Positions 57,313-64,000 of a stretch of DNA of 64,000 nucleotides are shown one piece after another; the first letter of the stretch is position 1; every line of letters starts with the position of its first letter. Source of the DNA: Bacteroidota bacterium (GTDB lineage Bacteria > Bacteroidota > Bacteroidia > 2-12-FULL-35-15); NCBI GenBank assembly GCA_040388745.1, contig JAZKBF010000010.1, positions 56,339 to 120,338 on the forward strand. The letters are read 5' to 3'. Under the pieces are notes generated by a model. That model worked only from the letters and a program-made list of their open reading frames with translations. It did not search any database and was not told the origin of the DNA. Both the position numbers and the translations under genes were made by a program.

Positions 57313-57645
57313 TTGAAAAAAATCATTACATATTGCCTTCTTATTCTCTTTTCATTAGCTTATAGTTATGAAACGATCAAATATTTTTCAAAAGTATTTG
57401 ATGGTGCTTCATTTGCCTGGATCGACAATTTTGACTGTGAGGAAAAAGAATCGGAATCGGAAAAGGGCAGTGAAAAAAATGAGAAATTGAATTTTTCTGA
57501 AGACTTTTATCTTAACCACAAGCATTTTAATAACACGCTAATTGCCGGACAGCTTGAACTTAAAAGCTTATCGTCCAAACAAAGCATCGATTTTTCTTCA
57601 TCTGATTACAGTCAAAAGGTATTTTCGCCTCCCGAAAGGGCGTAA
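57313..57645 (+). CDS. Hypothetical protein with N-terminal TM and acidic linker
   Basis: Probable TTG start at 57313 inside the longer track ORF; co-oriented upstream of SulP. Confidence 0.55.
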   Translation: MKKIITYCLLILFSLAYSYETIKYFSKVFDGASFAWIDNFDCEEKESESEKGSEKNEKLNFSEDFYLNHKHFNNTLIAGQLELKSLSSKQSIDFSSSDYSQKVFSPPERA

Positions 57646-57822
57646 CCAGTCTTTTATCTATCAAGGCTTCAGCCCTTGTAATTTTCATTTTTCAAATTTC
57701 TTACATTAATTCTTTTGATTTTAATCTGTTATAGATTATTCATTTGATCTCAACCTATTTCAGGGTTTTGATCATTTATTTTAATCTGTTATCAGTTTTA
57801 ATAATTGATAATAATATTCTTT

Positions 57823-59403
57823 ATGGACATTCAAAACAAAATTATAAAAGGTTTAACTTTTAAATACCTAAAAAATGATCTACCGGCAGGCCTAGTTGTT
57901 TTCCTGGTTGCTTTACCTCTTTGTTTAGGAATTGCACTGGCATCGGGTGCACCTTTATTTTCCGGAATTATAGCAGGAATAGTTGGCGGGACGGTAGTAG
58001 CATTCGCAAGTGGTTCATCGTTGAGTGTTAGTGGCCCTGCGGCTGGTTTAACAGTTATAGTTTTAAATGCGATAACACAACTGGGAGGTTACGAAGTGTT
58101 TTTACTTGCAGTGGTATTGGCGGGCTTGATCCAAATAGCCCTTGGGTACTTAAAAGCAGGAATTATTGGATATTATTTTCCTTCAAGTGTAATTAAAGGA
58201 ATGCTTGCTGCAATTGGTATTATATTAATTCTTAAACAAATACCTCATGCATTTGGATACGATAAAGACAACGAAGGGGATTTTGATTTTCTTCAATCCG
58301 ATGGACAAAATACATTTTCTGAAATTTTCAACTCTATTAATTTTATTCATCCGGGGGCTATAATTATTGCCATTATTTCACTATTTATCTTAATAATGTG
58401 GGAACGACCTTTTTTAAAAAAAATCACTTTTTTTAAGATTGTTCCGGGGGCATTATTAGTAGTTATTGTTGGGATATTAATAAATGAATTGTTTAAAGGT
58501 TTTTTTCCTTCATTGATCTTAGATGGAGATAAGCTGGTACGGTTGCCGGTTGCTAATTCTGTAACAGGCTTTGTAAATCAATTTACATTGCCCGATTTCA
58601 CCGCATTTGGAAATTATCATGTGTATGTTGTTGCTGTGACAATAGCGATCATTGCCAGTTTAGAATCCTTATTAAGTGTTGAAGCTGCCGATAAACTCGA
58701 CCCTTATAAACGTAACACTCCAACTAACCGTGAATTAAAAGCACAAGGGTTAGGAAATTTTGTATCAGGTTTAATTGGTGGATTGCCTTTGACAGCGGTT
58801 ATTGTTCGAACTTCAGCAAACATCAATGCCGGAGGTAAAACAAAATTAGCGTCAATCATTCATGGTTTTTTATTATTGTTAAGTGTGGTTGCTATTGCTT
58901 CTGTCCTTAATAAGATCCCCTTGGCCTGTTTGGCTGCATTACTGTTATTAGTTGGCTATAAACTTGCTAAGATCCCTCTATTTATTTCCATGTACAAATT
59001 GGGCTGGGAGCAGTTTGTACCTTTTATTGTTACTGTAGTTGCAATACAGTTTTCGGATCTGTTAAAAGGTATTGCTGCCGGTATGATAGTAGCGGCATTT
59101 ATTATTTTACGTAATAATTTTAAACTGGCATATTTTTATCACAAGGAAGAAAAAGATGGCGTTGATAAAATAATAATCCAATTGGCGGAAGATGTTTCAT
59201 TTCTTAATAAAGGAAGCATAGCGCTTACGCTTGACGAATTGCCTGAAGGCTCCCAAGTTATAATTGATGGAAGTAAATCGCGTAATATAGACATGGACGT
59301 TCTTGAAATTATTCATGATTTCAAAAACAATACAGCATCATTAAAAAAAATAAATATGGACCTAAAGAATATTCCGGATTTTAACGGAGTAGCGGGCCAC
59401 TAA
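57823..59403 (+). CDS. SulP-family anion (probably bicarbonate) transporter
   Basis: DLPAGLVVFLVALPLCLGIALASG, VSGPAAG, ELKAQG.GN, VIVRTSAN. Confidence 0.92.
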   Translation: MDIQNKIIKGLTFKYLKNDLPAGLVVFLVALPLCLGIALASGAPLFSGIIAGIVGGTVVAFASGSSLSVSGPAAGLTVIVLNAITQLGGYEVFLLAVVLAGLIQIALGYLKAGIIGYYFPSSVIKGMLAAIGIILILKQIPHAFGYDKDNEGDFDFLQSDGQNTFSEIFNSINFIHPGAIIIAIISLFILIMWERPFLKKITFFKIVPGALLVVIVGILINELFKGFFPSLILDGDKLVRLPVANSVTGFVNQFTLPDFTAFGNYHVYVVAVTIAIIASLESLLSVEAADKLDPYKRNTPTNRELKAQGLGNFVSGLIGGLPLTAVIVRTSANINAGGKTKLASIIHGFLLLLSVVAIASVLNKIPLACLAALLLLVGYKLAKIPLFISMYKLGWEQFVPFIVTVVAIQFSDLLKGIAAGMIVAAFIILRNNFKLAYFYHKEEKDGVDKIIIQLAEDVSFLNKGSIALTLDELPEGSQVIIDGSKSRNIDMDVLEIIHDFKNNTASLKKINMDLKNIPDFNGVAGH

Positions 59404-59414
59404 AATATAAAATT

Positions 59415-60092
59415 ATGAAAGCTCATACATCAGAAACACAAGCATCTATAAGTCCTTCAATTGCATTAGAGATTTTAAAAGAAGGCAATCAACGTTTCGT
59501 AAATAATTTAAAAGCCAATCGTAATTTACTTCAACAAGTGAATGAAACGCGCGAAGGTCAATGGCCTTTTGCTGTGATATTAAGCTGCATAGATAGCCGA
59601 ACTTCTGCAGAGTTAATTTTCGACCAGGGGCTTGGGGATGTTTTTTCGATACGCATTGCTGGAAATGTGGTTAATACTGATATTATTGGAAGCATTGAGT
59701 TTGCTTGCAAAGTTGCCGGATCAAAATTAATTGTGGTAATGGGACATACCCAATGTGGTGCTGTAAAAGGCGCCTGCGATCATTTAGAAATGGGAAATCT
59801 TACCGAATTACTATCAAAAATTCAACCTGCAATATATCAGGAAACAATGACACTTGAGTTGGATAAAAGAAATTCTGATAATGAAGTGTTTTTAGAAAAT
59901 GTATCAACTCTTAATGTGAAGCGATCAGTAAAAACTATTATAGACAGAAGTTATATACTGGAACAAATGATTGAAAAAGGTGAAATAGCTATTATTGGGG
60001 CAAAGCATCATATAAAAACAGGGGTAGTCGAATTTTATGAAGAGACAATGATTTCTGATAAATCTGACATAAGAGCCATGATGAGTTATTAA
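59415..60092 (+). CDS. Beta-class carbonic anhydrase
   Basis: LSCIDSR, RIAGN and GHTQCGA zinc motifs. Confidence 0.93.
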   Translation: MKAHTSETQASISPSIALEILKEGNQRFVNNLKANRNLLQQVNETREGQWPFAVILSCIDSRTSAELIFDQGLGDVFSIRIAGNVVNTDIIGSIEFACKVAGSKLIVVMGHTQCGAVKGACDHLEMGNLTELLSKIQPAIYQETMTLELDKRNSDNEVFLENVSTLNVKRSVKTIIDRSYILEQMIEKGEIAIIGAKHHIKTGVVEFYEETMISDKSDIRAMMSY

Positions 60093-60127
60093 ATAAGAAC
60101 AAAATTATTCATAATAAAATTATAAAA

Positions 60128-62728
60128 ATGAATGAGAACGCCTCACTCCCCAAAAATGTTTTGACAAATGAAAAAAATATTGATAGTTCATCAATTATTT
60201 TATCAAATCTCACCTTTAACGAAAAACATGTTTTACAAGAGTTGAAGCACTATTTGCCTTCACAAACTCCATTAAAGGATTTTATTCATCATAACTCATT
60301 ACATGGATTTCAAAACATGAAATTTTATGATGCCATTTTTAAAGCTTCAAAAATTTTTGGATACCAGGTTACAATGCAATTGACTGAATTCAGAGAGCTT
60401 TATGGAATAGGGCGAATAAAAGATACTATTCTTGACAGGATAATTACAGAAAAAAAAGGACGTGAAAATTTAGGATCCTGGAAACGGAATATCCTTTCGA
60501 AAGAGTATGATGCTGTGAATTTACCAAGAATAGGGCTGTTGAGAGCTAATTGGAAAAGTCAGTATAAAATTGATCTGGATTCGCTTGTTCAACCTCTTCT
60601 CTTCCGAATTCTTTGCAGTTATTTGGATCAGGGAATTTCTGTATGGAATTTTCCAACAGCAACTAAAGGTTTTCTTGCTTCAATAAAAGAATTGGAAAAA
60701 AATAGTTTTACCAGTTTTTTTAAAACAGAAGGTGCTAAACAACTTTTATTAAATGGAAATTGTGAAATTAAAGATCTTCTGAAAATTGTTGTTGGTGATG
60801 AAGCCTATTATGAGCAATATTTATTTGATCAGCAATTCAGTCATCAAGGTTGGTCCGGCATGGTTTCAACTATTGAAGATCAGCCTCAGTCGTTGCTTGA
60901 TCAAAAACAAATATCACTGCAGGATCTAATTGTGTTTGAATTATTGTTGGAAATTGACGCACTGAACTTTCAATTTAGAAAAAATTGGAAACCCTTATCT
61001 ACCAAAGTAAAGGGTAAACCTATTGATCTTTTTTCTAATGTTCCTTCGTCAGAATTAAATGAAGTGTTTACAATTTTACAAGAGGCCTTTGAATGGAGCT
61101 ATTATGACGAGGTACTTTCAGGAATTGCAATAGAAAAAAAGCGAACGCATACAGATCCCATCAATAAAAGCTTTCAGGCAATGTTCTGTATTGATGAAAG
61201 GGAATGTTCGTTGCGCAGACATATTGAGAAAACAGACCCTAATTGTGAAACATTCGGAACTCCCGGATTTTTTGCTGTTGAATTTTATTTTCAGCCCGAA
61301 AACGGCAAATTTTATGATAAGCTATGTCCTGCACCGGTAACTCCCAAATATTTAATAAAAGAATTTAATGTTAAAGGAAAAAGAGAACATGAATTATTGT
61401 ACACCAATAAAACCCATACTTTTTTTCCTGGTACTTTGATCTCATTAACTCTAGGTTTTTGGGCAGGAGTTCGATTGTTTATGAATATTTTCCGACCTAA
61501 AATGAGTCCCGCTATATCTAATGCGTTCGCCCATATGACAAAAGATTCTCAACTTATTATTGAGAACAAAAATTTGGATGATCGTGAAAATAATTTGCAG
61601 ATAGGTTTTACCATCGAAGAAATGGCGGCCAGAGTGGAAGGGCTTTTACGAGGGATCGGCCTGACCAAAGGTTTTGCTCCTATTGTATATGTGATGGCTC
61701 ATGGTTCGAGTAGTGCTAATAATCCTCATCATGGTGCTCACGATTGTGGTGCTTGCAGCGGAAGACCCGGTTCAGTGAATGCAAAAGTGTTTTCTTTTAT
61801 GGCCAATCATCTTAAGGTAAGGGAATTACTCAAAGTAAGAGGAATTCATATTCCTGAGGAAACACAATTTGTTGGATGTTTACATGATACTGCAGCAGAT
61901 GAAATTCAATTTTATGATGAACAAGTGCTCATACCTGTAAATGCAGAAGATCATAAAAAAAATAGAATCTCGTTTGAAAGTGCATTGGATCTGGATGCAA
62001 AAGAAAGATCCAGAAGATTTGCATCAATAAATACGAAAAACGACTTGCGAAAGGTCCGCAAAGCTATTAAGGACAGATCCGTTTCACTATTCGAGCCACG
62101 GCCTGAGCTGGGACATGGAACCAACACGTTGTGTATTGTAGGTGGCAGAAATTTAACGAAAGGTTTGTTTCTGGACAGAAGAGCTTTTATGAATTCGTAT
62201 GATTACAAAACGGACCTGGATGGTAAGCTTTTATCAGGAATAATGAAACCACTCGGACCAGTATGCGGGGGAATCAATCTCGAATATTATTTTTCAAGAG
62301 TTGATAACTATAAGTTTGGAGCAGGGACCAAACTCCCTCATAATGTAATGGGGCTTATTGGTGTGGCAAATAGTTGTGATGGGGACTTAAGGCCAGGCCT
62401 TCCTGTTCAAATGATCGAGGTGCATGATCCTGTTCGTTTGTTGATCATTGTTGAACATTTTCCGGATGTTGTATTAAAAACGATCCAGGCAGTTCCTGAA
62501 ATGTATGAGTGGTTTATCAATGATTGGGTTCATTTGGTGGCTATGGATCCTGAAACAAATAATTTTTATTATTTTAAAGATGGTGCGTTTACTGAATACA
62601 ATCCTATCACAAAAGAGATAAATGCTATTGAGAATTTTAACGCTTTTATAGAATCAGCTGTGGGGATGGAAACAAACTACATAGTAGATGCTACACAGGA
62701 AAATTTACCAGTATATACACTTAATTAA
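60128..62728 (+). CDS. dabA: DabA (DUF2309/UPF0753) inorganic carbon pump subunit
   Basis: FIHHNSL, FCIDERECS, AHGS, CGACSG, RPELGH, INLEYYFS.VDN. Confidence 0.9.
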   Translation: MNENASLPKNVLTNEKNIDSSSIILSNLTFNEKHVLQELKHYLPSQTPLKDFIHHNSLHGFQNMKFYDAIFKASKIFGYQVTMQLTEFRELYGIGRIKDTILDRIITEKKGRENLGSWKRNILSKEYDAVNLPRIGLLRANWKSQYKIDLDSLVQPLLFRILCSYLDQGISVWNFPTATKGFLASIKELEKNSFTSFFKTEGAKQLLLNGNCEIKDLLKIVVGDEAYYEQYLFDQQFSHQGWSGMVSTIEDQPQSLLDQKQISLQDLIVFELLLEIDALNFQFRKNWKPLSTKVKGKPIDLFSNVPSSELNEVFTILQEAFEWSYYDEVLSGIAIEKKRTHTDPINKSFQAMFCIDERECSLRRHIEKTDPNCETFGTPGFFAVEFYFQPENGKFYDKLCPAPVTPKYLIKEFNVKGKREHELLYTNKTHTFFPGTLISLTLGFWAGVRLFMNIFRPKMSPAISNAFAHMTKDSQLIIENKNLDDRENNLQIGFTIEEMAARVEGLLRGIGLTKGFAPIVYVMAHGSSSANNPHHGAHDCGACSGRPGSVNAKVFSFMANHLKVRELLKVRGIHIPEETQFVGCLHDTAADEIQFYDEQVLIPVNAEDHKKNRISFESALDLDAKERSRRFASINTKNDLRKVRKAIKDRSVSLFEPRPELGHGTNTLCIVGGRNLTKGLFLDRRAFMNSYDYKTDLDGKLLSGIMKPLGPVCGGINLEYYFSRVDNYKFGAGTKLPHNVMGLIGVANSCDGDLRPGLPVQMIEVHDPVRLLIIVEHFPDVVLKTIQAVPEMYEWFINDWVHLVAMDPETNNFYYFKDGAFTEYNPITKEINAIENFNAFIESAVGMETNYIVDATQENLPVYTLN

Positions 62729-62736
62729 ACTTTTTT

Positions 62737-64000
62737 ATGTCACAATTATTGCAACTTTTTATTTGGGTACCTTTATTTGGATTCCTAATCGGTATGTTGA
62801 TTCCGGCTAAAAAAGAATCTATTCTTTCGGGTATTGCTATTTCCACCATAGGAATACATTTAGCCGGTATTTTAACTCTTATAGTGTTTTGGTTAATGAA
62901 TAGTGCTCCAACGTTGGATATTAAACATATCGTTCTTTTTGAAACAGAAGATATTGAAATTTTTATAGATTTTTATTTCGATAAGATCACTGCTGTGTTT
63001 GCTGTTATGGGTTCTATATTAACTTTTTTAGTTACTGTTTTTAGCCATTATTATCTTCATCGTGAAGAAGGATTTAAACGTTTTTTTACAACTATTCTTC
63101 TCTTTTTCTTGGGATATAATCTTGTTATTTTTTCAGGAAATTTTGAAACATTATTTATTGGTTGGGAAATATTAGGTATTTGTTCTTTTTTACTCATAGC
63201 CTTTTATAGAGATAGATATTTGCCTGTAAAAAATGGTTTAAAGGTACTTTCTGTTTACCGTTTGGGTGATATCTGCTTGATACTTGCCATGTGGATGAGC
63301 CATCATTTGTGGCATGAAAATATTACTTTCTTAGAAATCAATGATTTGAAATTAGTTGCATCGCATATTCAGGAACATAATTGGTATGCATTTTTTATAG
63401 CGTTAATGATCTTAATAGCAGCTGCAGCCAAATCTGCACAGTTGCCTTTTTCTTCGTGGTTACCAAGAGCAATGGAGGGGCCAACCACTTCCAGTGCTGT
63501 TTTTTACGGTTCTCTGTCAGTTCATTTAGGAGTTTTTCTTTTACTTCGGACTTTCCCCTATTGGGAAAGTATATTTATCATTAAAGTGTTGATAATCTGT
63601 ACAGGTATTTTCACAGGAATAATTGCAACAAGTATTGCAAAGGTTCAATCATCTGTTAAAACACAAATTGCATATTCTTCTATTGCCCAAATTGGGTTGA
63701 TCTTTATTGAAGTTGCTTTATGTTTTCACATTCTTGCGTTATTGCATTTCTCAGGAAATGCTTTTTTAAGAGCTTATCAGCTATTGGTTTCACCGTCTGT
63801 GTTAGGTTATAAGATACATGATATGGTTTTTAATTTCGTGCCTAAAAAGATCACCAATAGTCGTTCTATCTTAACTAAAATTAAAAATTCATTTTACATT
63901 CTCTCTTTAAAAGAATGGAATCTGGATTTTCTTCTCAGCCATTTTTTATGGAATCCGTTTAAATGGATCGGAAAAAAACTGGACTTTTTAGCAAATAAAA
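62737..64000 (+). CDS. dabB: DabB (NuoL/MrpA-like) membrane subunit, truncated by the window end
   Basis: Missing from the ORF track because it has no stop. ATG at 62737; FIGWEILGICSFLLI, RLGD, AKSAQLPFSSWLPRAMEGPT, AYSSIAQIG. Confidence 0.88.
   Translation, partial: MSQLLQLFIWVPLFGFLIGMLIPAKKESILSGIAISTIGIHLAGILTLIVFWLMNSAPTLDIKHIVLFETEDIEIFIDFYFDKITAVFAVMGSILTFLVTVFSHYYLHREEGFKRFFTTILLFFLGYNLVIFSGNFETLFIGWEILGICSFLLIAFYRDRYLPVKNGLKVLSVYRLGDICLILAMWMSHHLWHENITFLEINDLKLVASHIQEHNWYAFFIALMILIAAAAKSAQLPFSSWLPRAMEGPTTSSAVFYGSLSVHLGVFLLLRTFPYWESIFIIKVLIICTGIFTGIIATSIAKVQSSVKTQIAYSSIAQIGLIFIEVALCFHILALLHFSGNAFLRAYQLLVSPSVLGYKIHDMVFNFVPKKITNSRSILTKIKNSFYILSLKEWNLDFLLSHFLWNPFKWIGKKLDFLANK

Noticed and set aside
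1393-63584. Remaining short antisense or overlapping ORFs in the six-frame track
   Set aside because: They lie opposite well-supported genes and show no recognisable motifs.

Overview
AT-rich chromosomal segment of a free-living Bacteroidota bacterium. Evidence: repeated TAnnTTTG -7 promoter motifs, a short Bacteroidota-type primary sigma factor, T9SS type A and type B cargo proteins, and a btuB/btuG-like locus. About 52 CDSs, mostly housekeeping or signalling: hybrid kinase phosphorelay, DEAD helicase, accC, hbd, pcm, ppk1/ppx/sixA, rpe, rpoD, pyrR/pyrB, rnz, and a SulP-carbonic anhydrase-DabAB inorganic carbon cluster cut by the window end. I found no rRNA, tRNA, CRISPR array, integrase or transposase. 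Most interesting: (1) two phage-fibre-like secreted proteins with a shared N-terminal module and no T9SS signal, upstream of a T9SS type B cargo, a candidate surface fibre system; (2) a two-ORF integron-cassette-like insert bounded by attC-like core sites with no integrase nearby; (3) a strong intrinsic terminator inside the rnz coding region, plus a decayed duplicate of the rnz 5' end that now serves as a terminator between two tandem T9SS paralogues; (4) at least nine intergenic hairpins built from degenerate 7-8-mer tandem repeats, plus REP-like and Flavo-1-like repeats; (5) a cobalamin riboswitch operon whose btuB carries a frameshifting deletion. All family names come from motif recognition, not database searches.
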